The notes beneath the pieces were generated by a model. That model was given only the letters and a program-made list of their open reading frames with translations. It was not told where the DNA came from and did not search any database. The translations under genes and the position numbers were made by a program. DNA of 64,000 nt. It comes from Squalus acanthias (taxonomy: Eukaryota). Shown one piece after another: positions 23,945 through 37,764 of this stretch (position 1 is its first letter; every line of letters begins with the position of its first letter). The DNA lies in contig CM059431.1 in assembly GCA_030390025.1 (NCBI GenBank), positions 109,618,001-109,682,000 on the forward strand, read 5' to 3'.

Positions 23945-26022
23945 GCACCAAGTCCCGTTCACCCATCACCCCTGTGCTCGCTGACCTATATTGTCTCCCG
24001 TTCCGGCAACGCCTCGATTTTAAAATTCCCATCCTTGTTTATAAATCCCTCCGTGGTCTTTTCCCCCTCCCTATCTCTGTAACCTCCTCCAGCCCTGCAA
24101 CCCTCGAGATCTCTGCGCTCCTCCAATTCTAACCTCTTGCGCATATGGTGTTAAGGAAGCTAAAGGGATTGAAGGCGGACAAATCCCCAGGGCCTGATAA
24201 CATGCATCCTAGGGTGCTGAAGGAGGTGGCCCTAGAGATAGCGGATGCACTAAGTATGATTTTTCAGAATTCATTAGACTCGGGAACAGTGCCCATGGAT
24301 TGGAGGGTAGCTAACGTTATCCCACTATTCAAAAAGGGGAGTAGGGAAAAAGCAGGTAATTACAGACCTGTAAGCCTTACATCAGTTGTGGGCAAAATGC
24401 TGGAGTCCATCATTAAGGATGAAATAGCGGAGCACTTAGCAAATGGGGACAGGATAGGACAGAGTCAACATGGATTTACAAAGGGTAAATCGTGCTTGAC
24501 TAATCTATTGGAATTTTTTGAGGGAGTAACTGGTAAAATAGATGGGGGAGAGCCAGTAGATGTGGTGTACCTGGACTTCCAAAAGGCCTTCGATAAGGTC
24601 CCACATAAAAGATTAGCAGGGAAAATTGAAGCTCATGGGATAAAGGGGAAAGTATTGACGTGGATAGAGAACTGGCTGTCAGATAGAAAACAGAGAGTTG
24701 GAATAAACGGCTCATTTTCTGAATGGCAGGCAGTAACAAGTGGGGTACCACAGGGATCTGTACTGGGTCCCCAGCTGTTCACAATTTACATTAATGACCT
24801 GGATCAGGGAGTCGGATGCAGCATTTCCAAATTTGCAGACGACACTAAACTAGGAGGGGGGGTGGGCTCAGAGGAGGAGACCAGGAAGCTCCAGAGCGAT
24901 TTGGACAGACTGGGTGATTGGGCGGATAAATGGCAGATGCACTATAATGTGGACAAGTGCGAAGTTATCCACCTTGGGTGCAGGAACGGGAGGGCAAATT
25001 ATTATTTAAATGGCAATAAATTGGGAGAGGGGGAAGTACAGAGAGACCTGGGTGTTCTTGTACACCAGTCACTGAAGGCGAGCATGCAGGTGCAACAGGC
25101 GATCAAGAAGGCAAACGGTATGCTGGCCTTCATAGCAAAAGGGTTGGAATACAGGAACAGGGATACCTTGCTGCAGCTGTACAGGGCACTGGTGAGACCA
25201 CACCTCGAGTACTGTGTACAGTTTTGGTCGCCTCATCTGAGGAAAGATGTTCTTGCCATGGAGGGGGTGCAGCGGCGATTCACCAGGCTGATACCAGGAA
25301 TGGCGGGATTGACCTATGAGGAGAGACTATGTAGTTTAGGGATGTACACACTGGAGTTTAGAAGATTGAGAGGGGACCTCATAGAAGTGTATAACATTCT
25401 GACAGGTCTAGACAGACTAGATGCAGAAGGAATGTATCCCTTGGCGGGTGAGAACAGAACTAGAGGACATAATTTAAGGATAAGGGCTAAACCATTTAGG
25501 ACAGAAATGAGGGGGAATTTCTTCACTCAGAGGGTGGTGAACCTGTGGAACTCATTGCCACAGAGGGCAGTGTACGCCAGCTCATTAAATATATTTAAGA
25601 GGGAATTAGATGTATTTCTACAGGCAAAAGGGGTTAAGGGTTACGGAGAGAAGGCGGGGACGGGATACTGAATTGAAGGATCAGCCATGATCTCATTAAA
25701 TGGCGGAGCAGGCTCGAAGGGCCGGATGGCCTACTCCTGCTCCTATCTTCTAAGTATCTAAGTATCTAAGTATTCCCCGATTTTAATCGCTCCACCATTG
25801 GTGGCCGTGCCTTCTGTTGCCTGGGCTCTAAGCTCTGGAATTCCCTCCCTAAACCTCTCCGCCTCTCTACCTCTCTCTCCTCCTTTAAAACCTACCTCTT
25901 TGACCAAGCTTTTGGTCACCTGTCCTAATATCTCCTTACGTGGCTCGATGTCAAATTATGTTTGATAATACCTTGGGGCGTTTTACTGCATTAAAGGTGC
26001 TATATAAATGCAAGATGTTGTT
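23945..26022 (+). mobile_element. L2-type LINE 3' fragment interrupted by a CR1 (24145-25773)
   Basis: SPITPVLADL..LP.RQRLDFKI..LVYKSL; continues at 25774 (GGRAF...GSKLWNSLP) and ends in a (TGT)n tail. Confidence 0.8.
24145..25773 (+). mobile_element. Young CR1 LINE, 5'-truncated, uninterrupted 508-aa RT region
   Basis: KSPGPD..HPRVLKE, NYRPVSLTS, YLDFQKAFDKVPH, PQGSVLGP, FADD; 3' hairpin and (AAGTATCT)n tail; no endonuclease domain. Confidence 0.97.
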
Positions 26023-27974
26023 ATTGGCAAGACATTTATTACAGGAATGATGATGTAAGCCATGCCAGTATAACATGAATTAGTGGAACAGACTTGTGAT
26101 ATTCATGGCAAAAACAAACTGTGCCTCTGTTTTGTGATGTTGAAGGAAACAAAGGCCGGCAGAATTAATTTATTGACAAGCAACGACAACTCTGCAACTT
26201 GATTTAATATTTTGGAATTTTTTCATTGCAGGCTGTGTGAATACTAATCAACAGCCGATTGTAATATCTTGGCTATTGTTACCTAACTTTGTATATCAGG
26301 AATGTGTCGGAATGGGAAAAGCGACATTTTCTGATTCCTTGGGGGTAATTTTGACATCGGACGATAGTGTAAAACGGGCGATAGCGGGCGAGCCGCCTGA
26401 TATACGTTCTCCCGATTTTGACTTCAGTAGATTATTTTGATGGGGGCTGGGGTGTCACCATTTTACATATTTCCTGAGTTTCTTTATCATCCTTTTTTAC
26501 AATCCTGTTGATTGCTGGGCTTAGTTCCAAGTGCCATGCTGGGTGCCTATTATAATTAGTGGGAGGGACGAGACCGACGATTGTTAGTGAGTCCAGCTCT
26601 CCCTGCTGCTGTTTGGAGGCCCTTCTCCCACCTTTGCTCCCTTCTATGTTCAGCCAACCCATCCTGCAATTAGAGATGTGGGTACTAAGATGCTGGAAGT
26701 ATCAAAAGCACACACAGTGAGGTGCGTGTGCATGCGTGTGTGTGCACGTGCGTGTAGTTTAGCAAAGCTATCAAAAAGAATGGGTAAAGATACAAACTTA
26801 ATATCCGACTCGTTAAAAATAAACTGAAGAGAAAATATTAAGAGTAAATGGATTGCCGATAATTTTCTTCCAAGTGCTGTACCTCACATATAAAAGGGTC
26901 TTAGGTTTATATATTATTTTTATCATTAAGCTAATTGACAATTTAATTAAATGGTACAATCATCCCCATTTAGAGACTCCTTCATTTCTTCCACTCACTA
27001 TAAGCGATTAATGATGGCAATGGCATTCAGTAATCAAAAGAGGAGTGCTTGTTTGGAATAGAATGCACGTAATTTACAGAAGATGAATCCTGGGCTCCTA
27101 ATGCGAATGCAATGCTGTTTGATCTGCTCCTGGCATTGTTATGTGATGGGAAGAATTAATTGCTGCTCCTGAACGTAATGCAGCCTGTATCTATTATTCA
27201 TTTTCCCTCACCACTGAGATGTTATACTTTCTTCTGCTTCAACTGCATGTGAAGCAGCCTTAGAAAGACCCATTTGGTTCCTACAAAGCCGTGCGATCAG
27301 CTACTTCAAAGAAATCCTGTCCACGGCAAAGAATGACAGGTCACAACAGAAATAATCCGAATATAAGCCTTTGTTGCGGTTGCAATTGTTTACTCGTTTA
27401 CAAAGACAAATTTATACAGAATTGCATATTAATCTGGTACACTGCATCTATTAAAAGTGATTAATTTACAGGCCTCGTGACTGAGTTGCTCAATTAACTG
27501 TAAATCAATTAATTGCAGGTAATTGTTATTGCCAAAAGAAATAAGGACACATTTTAAAATAGCAATTAACAATGAAGTGTAAGCATTTAGTTTCCCTTAA
27601 GTGTTAACTGTCCTTATGATTTGCTTTTTTTCCCAGCCTCAAAAGTCTCAGTTTTGAATATTTAATGTGGAACTATTTTACTATTATGACAAAATGGTAC
27701 AATTGGAGAACAGAAACGCAGCTGTATTCAAGCTAAATTGGTTACACATATATTATATCAGCATTTGTATAATTATTGAAGCTTTTATTTTAATTTGTCG
27801 CCATTTTCAATGTTGGTGAAGTTGATGATCCTTGATAATAAGTACTTGCTATAAATGTGGGATTTGTTTTTTTTTTTAAAACCAGTTTACAAGAGCTGCA
27901 ATTTTCTGATAAATTTCTCAGTTGGCATAAATTTATAACTTCCTCAAAATTCCAGCAGTCTAGCTTGCCTAAGG

Positions 27975-28415
27975 GGTCAACCTTAGCTCAGTGGGTAGCA
28001 CTCTCACCTCATGAGTCAGAAGGTTGCAGGGATTCAAGTCCCACTCGAGACACTTGAGCACAAAATCTAGGCTGATGCTCCAGTGCAATACCGAGGGAGT
28101 GCCACACTGTCAGAGCTGCCGTCTTTCGGATGAGACGCTAAATCAAGGCTCCGTCTGCCCTCAAGTGGACGTAAAAAATTCCACAGCACTATTTCGAAGA
28201 AGTGCAGGGGAGTTCTCCCCGGTGTTCTGGCCAATATTTATCCCTCAATCAACATCACAAAAATAGATGATCTGGTCATTATCGCATTGCTGTTTGTGGG
28301 AGCTTGCTGTGTGCAAATTGGCTGCCGTGTTTCCTGCATTACAACAGTGACTACACTTCAAAAGTACTTCATTGGCTGTAAAGTGTTTTTGGGATGTCCT
28401 GAGATCGTGAGAGGC
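27975..28415 (+). mobile_element. Deu-domain SINE
   Basis: tRNA head and Deu core. Confidence 0.9.
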
Positions 28416-28627
28416 TTTATTTCTTTTTATATCAAAAGGTGGTGAGCGAGCTAAATGATTTGTACAGGACATGGGTGCCATTTATGATGCTGTGTAATTT
28501 TTACATCCGTGAAAAGTTCTGGGCCCTGTCAAACTGATGCCTCCATTCCACAGAGAAAGTGCTAAACATTGCCCCTGGGAAACAAGGCCTCAGGCACGGC
28601 TTGATGCAACTGTGAGTAACCAACTGA

Positions 28628-29165
28628 CTGTGTGCAGTTCTGGTCACCACATTACAGGAAGGATGGGATTGCACTAGAGGGGGTGCAGAGGAGATTTACG
28701 AGGATCTTGCCTGAGTTGGGGAATTTTAGCTATGAGGAAAGATTGGAGAGGCTGGGGTTGTTTTCTTTGGAACAGAGGAGGCTGAGGGGAGACCTAATTG
28801 AGGTGTATAAAACAATGAGGGGCCTAGATAGAGTGGATAGGAAGGACCTATTTCCCCTAGCAGAAGGGTCAATAACCAGGGGGGATAGATTTAAAGTAAT
28901 TGGTCGGAGGTTTAGAGGGGAGTTGAGGAGAAATCTTTTCACCCAGAGGGTGGTGGGGATCTGGAACTCACTGCCTGAAAGGGTGGTAGAGGCAGAAACC
29001 CTCAACACATTTAAAAAGTACTTGGATATGCACTTGAAGTGCCATAACCTACAAGGCTATGGACCAAGTGCTGGAAAGTGGGATTAGGGTGGATAAGCTC
29101 GTTGTCAGCCGGCACGGACAAGATGGGCTGAATGGCCTCCTTCAGTGCTGTAAATTTCTATGATT
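28628..29165 (+). mobile_element. CR1 3' fragment
   Basis: ORF 28632..29087: QFWSPHYRKD..ALEGVQRRFTR...RRLRGDLIEVYK. Confidence 0.93.
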
Positions 29166-29179
29166 TTTATGATTCTATG

Positions 29180-29480
29180 ATATGAATCTGGCACATTGCT
29201 GGTGTTGACTTGGAAGGATCTGGTGGTGCAAAAATCCCTCTGGTACAAGTGGTTTGCAGCCTGCCTCCAAGAAATGGTTGACTTCTTTGTAAAGGAGAGG
29301 TGCCAAAGACAGGCCTCTTTTTGTCATGACCAGGAAGCATTGTCTGGGTTGGAAATGCCGCTCCTGGGGTAAGGATGGGTGCGTACGTAACATGAGGTAT
29401 GCTTGCACCATCCATTCTTGTTCCCTGAAACACTGCTCTTCTGCCTTCAAATCTAGGAATGCCAATGAAAGCCCCCAAAT
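29180..29480 (-). pseudogene. Highly degenerate Harbinger transposase N-terminal fragment
   Basis: RHFQPRQCFLVM... aligns by eye with [12 protein letters not shown]; frameshifted FA...SFQ motif at ~29200-29235. Confidence 0.45.
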
Positions 29481-29597
29481 GATTCCTATCCTACCCACTT
29501 GAGTTGCTGCAAATGAAGTTGCAGTAAGAATGAAGAAAGTTGCAAGAAACAGAGTTGGAAACAGAAGTCTTGCAATGCAAGAAGTCAGCACTAAAAC

Positions 29598-30650
29598 AGA
29601 ACAACAACAACTTGCATTTATATAACGCCTTTAACATAGTAAAAACCTCTCAAGGTGCTTCACAGGAGCGATTATCAGACAAATGTTGACACCGAGCCAC
29701 AGGAAGAGCTTTATTTAATTTGTTTATGGGGATGTGGGCATCGTTGGCAAGGCCGGCATTTATTGCCCATCCCTAGTTGCCCTTGAGAAGGTGGTGGTGT
29801 GCCACCTTCTTGAACTGCTGCAGTCCGTGTGGTGAAGGTGCTCCCACAGTGCTGTTAGGGAGGGAGTTCCAGGATTTTGACCCAGCGACGATGAAGGATC
29901 GGCGATATACTTCCAAGTCAGGATGATGTGTGACTTGGAGGGGAACTTGGAGGTGGTGGTGTTCCCATACGCCTGCTGCCCTTGTCCTTCTAGGTGGAAG
30001 AGGTCGCGGGTTTGGGAGGTGCTGCCGAAGAAGCCTTGGCGAGTTGCTGCAGTGCATCTTGTAGATGGTACACACTGCAGCCACGGTACGCCGGTGGTGA
30101 GGAAGTGAATATTTAAGGTGGTGGATGGGGGGCCAATCAAGTGGGCAGCTTTGGCCTGGATGGTGTCGAGCTTCTTGAGTGTTGTTGGAGCTGCACTCAT
30201 CCAGGCAAGTGGAGAGTATTCCATCACACTCCTTACTTGTGCCTTGTAGATGGTGGAATGGCTATAAAACAGATGACCGAAAGCTTGGTTAAGAGGTAGG
30301 GGTAGGTATTATGGAGCGACTTAAAGAAGAGGAGAGAGGTAGAGAGGCGGAGAGGTTTAGGGAGGCAATTTCAGAGCTTAGGGCCTAGGCAGCTGAAGGC
30401 ACAGCCGCCAATGGTGGCGTGATGAAAATCGGGTGAGCACAAGAGGCCAGAATTGGATGAATGCAGAGATCTCGGGGGGTTGTGAGGCTGGAAAAGGTTA
30501 CAGAGATAGGGCGGGGCGAGGCCATGGAGGGATTTGAACACAAGAAGGAAAATGTTTAAATCGAGGCATTGTCGGACTGGGAGCCAATGTAGGTCAGCGA
30601 GCACAGGGGTGATGGGTGAACGGGAATTGGTGCGAGTTAGGATAGGCAAT
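29598..30650 (-). mobile_element. L2-type LINE 3' fragment containing a LINE family B insertion (29715-30262, -)
   Basis: PITPVLADLHWLPV at 30371..30649(-); (CAA)n tail at ~29600; MEYSPLAWMSAAP in the nested copy. Confidence 0.85.
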
Positions 30651-30837
30651 TAGGGTAGAGTTAACAAAATTAATGCACGAATAAATAGGCAGATAAATCA
30701 AAACAAAGAAATGAACTTCCCAACCCAAAATTAAAAAGTGACACTCAGCCTTAAGTCAACTCCTATAGGCCAGATCACCCACACACTGCTGCAGCCATTT
30801 CAAATGAGCGAGGAGCATTGCTGGTGAAGGGACAACA

Positions 30838-31082
30838 GAAAGAAAGAAAGAAAGACTTGCATTTCTATAGCGCCTTTCACGACCACCGGACGTCTCAAAG
30901 CGCTTTACAGCCAATGAAGTACTTTTTGAAGTGTAGTCACTGTTGTAATGTGGGATACGCGGCAGCCAATTTGCGCACAGCAAGCTCCCACAAACAGCAA
31001 TGTGATAATGACCAGATAATCTGTTTTAGTGATGTTGATTGAGGGATAAATATTGGCCAGGACACCAGGGATAACTCCCCCT
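30838..31082 (-). mobile_element. Deu-domain SINE, 3' part
   Basis: (GAAA)n tail and Deu core. Confidence 0.9.
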
Positions 31083-31304
31083 GTAAAAAGATCCTGTAGG
31101 TACCAACTTACTTAAAATCCGCAGGTATAATGCGAATTACACTGGCTCATCAGTGCAACAGCCCAAATCTAAGCATTTATCTTTGCTTAAAAATGCAGCC
31201 CACTGTGAATTTGCAATCCACATCACCCCAGAGAAGCTCTGCACCACAAGACTCACACAATCAGGACTAAACAGCTCAGAGACATTGACTGCCCACCTTC
31301 TACA

Positions 31305-32872
31305 AAGAGAGGATGCAAAAGAGATTTACCAGAATGGTATCTGGGATGAGGGACTTCAGTTATCTGGAGAGACTAGGGAAACTGGAGTTGTTCACCTTGG
31401 AGCAGAGAAGATGAAGAGGAGATTTGACAGCGGTGTTCAAAACCAGGAATGGTTTTGATAGAGTAAATAAGGAGAAACCGTTTCCAGTGGCAGGAGGGTC
31501 AGTAACCAGAGGACACAGATTTAAGGATGATTGGCAAAAGAACCAGGGGCGACATGAGGAAACATTGACAGAGCATACGCGGCCGTAAGTGCTCCGCAGA
31601 TTGCGGGTTTCCACATGCGATGCGCATGCGTGTAAACCCGGAACTTGCGATCTGTCCAAGTTTCAGCTTGACAGATCGTACGAATCCTCAGGAAATGGAC
31701 ATTCGCTGGCGCAGGGTTGGGCTACCGCCCAGTGAATGCCCATCAAACCCTGACTCCTGGTAAAAGCAGGCGTAGGGCCTTCTTTTACCAGCTTAAGCTT
31801 TTAAATAAATATTAAGATAATTTTTTAAATGATTTAACCATACAAAAACCTTTAAAATTAGTTCAGGTTATTTTTGCCCCTTGAAAAATATTTTTCAAAA
31901 AATTAAATTTTTGTTTTAAATGTTTAACTAAATTGTACTTTAATTAATTTTGACCATGTGATGATTTATTTTTATTTCAGTGTTGTGAAAGTGTGTTTTT
32001 TTAGGGGATTCCTATTAAGCTTATGGGGATCCCGTATGTAAATGGAATCCCCATAAGAATAATGGGAATCCTCCTTTGTCCCACTCCAGGGGCTTGAGCA
32101 CATAAATCTAGGCTGACACTCCAGTGCAGTGCTGAGGGAGTGCTGCACTGTTGGAGGTGCCGTCTTTTGGATGAGACGCTAAACCAAGGCCCCGTCTGCT
32201 CTCTCAGGTGGACGTAAAAGATCCCATGGCACTATTCGAAGAAGAGCAGGGGAGTTATCCCCGGTGTCCTGGCCAATATTTATCCCTCAACCAACATAAC
32301 AAAAACAGATTATCTGATCATTATCACATTGCTGTTTGTGGGAGCTTGCTGTGCGCAAATTGGCTGCTGCGTTTCCCACATTACAACAGTGACTCCACTT
32401 CAAAAAGTGCTTCATTGGCTGTAAAGCGCTTTGAGACGTCCGGTGGTCGTGAAAGGCGCTATATAAATGTAAGTCTTTCTTTTCTTTTTATTGGTTGGGC
32501 CGGCCCACGTGATCCCAAGGACACTTGCAATCCACGGGCCTTTACGCAGGCGTTACACCTGCAGGCCCAGGAGCGCGAGTCTTCGAAGGTATGGAGGCAC
32601 CAGGTAGGTGCGGAGTTCACTTGTGGTTTGTGGCTCAATGTTTTTACACGGTGAGCTGTTGCGATCTGGAATGCACTGCCTGAAAGGGTGGTGGAAGCAG
32701 ATTCACTAGTAACATTCAAAAGAGAATTGGATAAATACTTAAAGGGAAAAAAATTACGGTGCCATGGAGAAAGAGCAGTGGAGTGGGACTAATTGGATAG
32801 CTCTACCAAAGAGCCGGCACAGGCACGATGGGCCAAATGGCCTCCTTCTGTGCTGTATCATTCTATGATTCT
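31305..32872 (+). mobile_element. CR1 3' fragment split by a non-coding CpG-rich insertion (~31565-32630) that itself contains a Deu SINE (32078-32490)
   Basis: CR1 sequence stops at gacatgaggaaa and resumes at tttttacacggtgag. The insertion has internal palindromes (ggggattcc...ggaatcccc); no clear TIRs seen. Confidence 0.7.
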
Positions 32873-34901
32873 AAGAATGTCTGCAACCCTCTTGGAAACC
32901 AGCTCCAGGACACAAAGAGTCTTCAGATGATACTGTAGGAATATCAACATGCAGAAGTTTAATGTGATTTCTTTATCTGTTGTTTTCATGGTTAAAATAA
33001 TGTCATACAAATGTGTTAAGCATTTATATGCTAATAATCCACAGGTTAATTTCTGGGCTAGTGAGTATAAAGGCATTCACCTAAGAGCTTTGAGCCTGGA
33101 AGTGGGTTGTCTGCTTGCTCAGTTGACTGGGTAATGGCGTACAAGAAGGGGTCACCTGAAGGAATGAAAAAATGTTACAAAAAGAAAACAAGAAAAATAG
33201 AGTCTAAATAAAAAATTATACATCGACAAATGTTTCAAAAACTCTTTTTATTGTACATATCATTGGATTATCTCCACCAAAAACAAATTGTCGGGTCATT
33301 CATTCATTTTTTGCTTGTGGGATCTTGCTGTGCACAAGATGGCAGCCATTGTTCCTCACCTAACAATAGTGACTGCTCTTCAGAAGCCAACCATCGATTG
33401 AAATGTGCTTTGGGACAATCCTGGGGATGTGATAAAGTACTACATAAATGCAAGTTCTTTATTTCTTTATATGTCAACAACGGTGACAATCTGTAAATGG
33501 AGATAATCTTCCGTGTGATAATAATTGTGTTGACGTATGTTGCTGCTTGACAAAGTATCTTGAAACTTTAACAAATTATCCAGAAAACAGGATCACCATC
33601 CCGAATATTCGATAAATAGTGTGACAGACTGCACTGATGTTCAGTAAAGTCATGCAAATAGTCTACTATGTAATATTATACTAAACGGTAGTAGATTCTT
33701 ATGGGATGCATTCCAAGGTCCATTTCCCAAAGTGCCCATGCTCTGCTTACTTTGTTAAGCACATCGAAATAGTCACTAAAATGCAGTTACAAGCTTTGAA
33801 TCAAATGTTGTGTCTCTCAGTGTGTCGAAATTTAGAAGCTAGTACATTATTGTACATAATTTCCCTGTTTATTATCATCAAATCCCAGGATTGTGTCAGC
33901 ATGTCTCCGACAGAAATCGGCTGTGGGGCTCTGCTTGAGCCCAAATGACTTGCAGCAGCTCCGTCTCATGACTCATAATCTAATGACAGTTTTCCCTCAG
34001 GAAATGGTGTACACGGCGGTAAAATAAAAATGACAAAAGTATTCCCCAGATCAAACATTTACCAATTCCCATGTGGAGGTTAGGGGTAGCAGAGATCAGG
34101 ACTCATTGAGTATAATTAGGCCACTCAACTCAAATTATCAGTAGTATTTGGGGACCCAAATAAACATTAAAATGTGGTTAAAAGCTTCAATCTCATCTGT
34201 GGCTCTCGATCTGAAAATTGGCACATTATTGTATACGCTTTCATGTTTTTTTTCTGAACACACATGTCACACTGACCATAATAAATTGAATAAATAGGAT
34301 TTCAGACATAATTCTCTCATGATCAATACTTGCCGACTATTTTAGAATTTTTTTTCCCAGAGGGGACAAGTAAGTGTAAAAATCCTCAGGAGCACTTTTA
34401 TGTGAGAAGAGGTATCTCAACAGAGTATTAATAATTGGTTTGGTGACACACATGACTAAGTAACTGCAGAATAAGGCAAAGACAAGTTCTTTAATTACAA
34501 GTTAATAGTGTAGAAAATCCACATGCCACTGCCTCCAATGTAATCATGTCTTGCCTACCTCAAACAGGATCCAGAACATGAAATGTGTAGGTCTGGTAAT
34601 TCTGTAAGCTTTTTAATTACATCATCATTGTCACGATCACCATCGTTGCTTGCAAGTCACCAACAGCAAAGAAATGCCAGTTTTACCTAGAACAGTCCAA
34701 GTCATTACTGTGTCACTCTACCTTAAAGAACACTTTTAGAGTGCAAGAATAGCAATAATATTGTTTCTCCACAATGACCAGGATTATCAGGGTCGATTTT
34801 TTCCCTTCTTTGACCCAGGGAACACTCAGTGCCCAGGAAAAAAAAGCAAAGGGAAAGGGGAGATGGAAGATCCATTACTCCCCTTTACATTGCTCAGGGT
34901 C

Positions 34902-35569
34902 ACATAATATAAGAATTAGGAGCAGGAGTAGGCCATACGGCCCCTCGAGCCTGCTCCGCCATTCAATAAGATCATGGCTGGTCATCGACCTCAACTCTAC
35001 TTTCCTGCCCGATCCCCATATCTCTTGATTCCCCTAGAGTCCAAAAATCTATCGATCTCAGCCTTGAATATACTCAACGATTCAGCATCCACAGCCCTTT
35101 GGGTTACAGAATTCCAAAGATTCGCAACTCTCTGAGTGAAGAAAGTCCTCCTGATTTCAGTCTTAAATGACAGACCCCTTATCCTGAGACTCTCCTACCA
35201 GGGGAAACAACCTCTCAGCGTCTACCCTGTCAACCCCCTTCAGAATCTTGTATGTTTCAATGAGATCACCTCTCATGCTTCTAAACTCCATAGAGTATAG
35301 GCCCATTCTACACAATCACTCCTCATAGGACAACCCTCTCATCTCAGGGATCAATCTAGTGAACCTCCATTGCACCGCCTCTAAGGCAAGTATGTCCTTC
35401 CTCAGATACGGAGATCAAAACTGTGCACAGTACTCCAGGTGTGGTCTCACCAAAGCCCTGTACAATTGTCGTAAGACTTCCTTACTCTTGTACTCCCAAC
35501 GCCCTTGCTATAAAGGCCAACATGTCATTTGCCTTCCTAATTGCTTGCTGTACCTGCATGCTAACTTTT
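34902..35569 (-). mobile_element. CR1 3' fragment, continued at 38865-38990 beyond the Harbinger
   Basis: CR1 3' hairpin at ~34920-34960; reverse LYRALVRPHLEYC region. Confidence 0.9.
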
Positions 35570-35852
35570 TGGCTGGGATTTCGCCTACCTGGGCGGCTTC
35601 AAGGTGGGAGAGGTCGGCGGCGGGAGGGCGACCCCACTGCTGCGTGGATCCCATTGATAAATCGAATCTTACCCTAATGGGCCTTGTTCGGCTCACCCTG
35701 CGCGCTTCCCGGCCCTATTAAAGGTTGCGGGTCTGGTGACATCACCGGATGACGCGATTATTGCCGATTTATTTAAAGGGGCCATGGCCCCAGTTACTGT
35801 CAGTTGCAAATTGATGGCATTCAGTGCTGTCAGTGTTTTGAGTCTCTGCACT

Positions 35853-37744
35853 ATGAGCTTGCAGCACCAATGAGCAGCACCTCGCTTCACAGATGAGTCC
35901 CTCCATAATCTTGTGGAGGGAGAGAGAGCACGTAGGGAGATTCTCTTCCCTCCCCAACAGACAAAGGCAGCGTGGCTGCAGATATCGCAGGAGGTTACAG
36001 GGCTGTCAGTGGTGGTTCGGACCTGGGTGCAGTGCCGCAGGAGGTTCAATGATCTAGTAAGATCAGGAAAAGTGAGTATTAAGCCACAATTACCTTGATG
36101 CTGCTGTGCGTCTCATCACATTCGCACCACTCTACATTGCCACCCCTACTCCTGCACAACGCTACACAGCCCAACATCCCAACATCCCTTGTACCTTCAT
36201 CCATCCCTGTAACTCTATCTGCATTATCAGGTCGCCATCTTACTATGCAGCCCTCACACTGAAACTCATCGTTATGTAATGACAGCAACTAACAACACAA
36301 AAGGAGGAAACTTGGTATTGCCAACCCACTCCATCAAATTGTCAGTGTAAAGCTCTATGCCATTCCATTCCTTACACTCATACCATCACTCCCACTGAAC
36401 CTTCTCTTCTTTCCCTTCTTGCAGGAAAAGATAGCCCACAATAAGAGGGAGAGGGAGAGAACGGGAGAAGGGCCTCCACAAACCATGTCATATCTGACGA
36501 GTGCAGAGGAGGCAGCACTGGAGATTGCTGGAGTGGTGGACGTTCCGCAAGTGGGGGACGGAGAGAGGGGCTCAGCAGAAGAAGCTGGTAACAGAATGAA
36601 TTTCCATACAATTGCATGCCTTTCATCATTGCCTCATATGGGGTGTGATGTCAAGACAAGATGAATGCTCATCATGTGGATTATGGGATGTGTCTGCAGT
36701 AGACATTCTGCATATCTAACTGATGTCTTCACTCTCCCACAGGTCCATCAAGGCCCCCCCCCCCCTCAATGTCCAGGAGCAACAGCAAGAAGACGCCTCA
36801 GAGCAGCCTCCTGCCTCTGAGGGCGCAGCGTCACCTCCGACAATGCAACCCAGCACCAGTGCAGAGTCGCATACCTCGGTGGGTATGTCACGAGATAGAG
36901 TAGTGTTGTCACCTGGTGTCTCACAGATCACAACTGAGCAGCAGCAGATGGTGGAGACATTGACAGCCGTGGAGACTCCTCGTCGGAGGGTGCAGGAGTC
37001 TCCTAGCTCTGCTCAGCTGCATGCAGACGCTGAGCCTGGGGCCATCCAGGAAGAGGGCAATCCTGGAGCTGCAGGAACAAGTGCAGGAGGCTCTGACTGG
37101 TTTTGCGACCGCGGTGACTGCGAGTGTGCAGAGAATGGAGGAGTCCATCTCCAGCATGAGCAACACTGTGGCGCACTCACTGGCAACTATAGCTTCCTCC
37201 ATGGATAGGATGGCCACCTGCAGAGAGGAGACACGGCGCCAGTCGCATGAGAACATGGTTTCTCTTCAAAGTAGATGCTCATCTATGGAGGAGAGATAGG
37301 CATCTATGGAGGAAAGAAACCAGAGGCTCATTGACGTCCTTTGTAGGAGGGATGTCAGTATAGAGGTGAGCCCTCATGGCCCCATTGAAGTGTAGCAAGG
37401 TGCTCTCAAGCTCCTTGCTAGCATGGAAGTGTGGGTGGCCCATGAGAGGGATGATGGTGAGTGGGGGCTCCACTCCAAGCGCTCTGACTTCCATCCCCTT
37501 GCTAACCCCTCGGTCAGAGCCCCAGATGCCTCCCCGGACAGTGATGGCCAAATCTGCCCCTGCACAGTCGCAGGAGGAGCAGACTTTGGCGGAGCTATCA
37601 GTGGCTCCAAAACCCAGAGGATGACCACCAAAGGCGTCTAAGCAGGCACAGCACGGAGACGAGGAGGCTGCCTCTACCTCTGCTGAAGCTGCAGGAGTGG
37701 CATGACGTAGAAGCACCCGGAAAAGAAAGATCCCACACAAATAG
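35853..37744 (+). pseudogene. Harbinger Myb/SANT-like DNA-binding protein (NAIF1/MSANTD-like), 3 exons: 35853-36071, 36425-36587, 36743-37744
   Basis: AAPRFTDESL..LVEG...ILFP..KAAWLQISQEV...RTWVQCRRRFNDL; exon 2 EKIAHNKRERERTGEGPP..LTSAEE; GT-AG sites (AAA|gtgagt, tgcag|GAA, CTG|gtaaca, cacag|GT). Early TGA and frameshifts. Confidence 0.85.
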
Positions 37745-37764
37745 TCACAAGGGTAGTCACTCAG

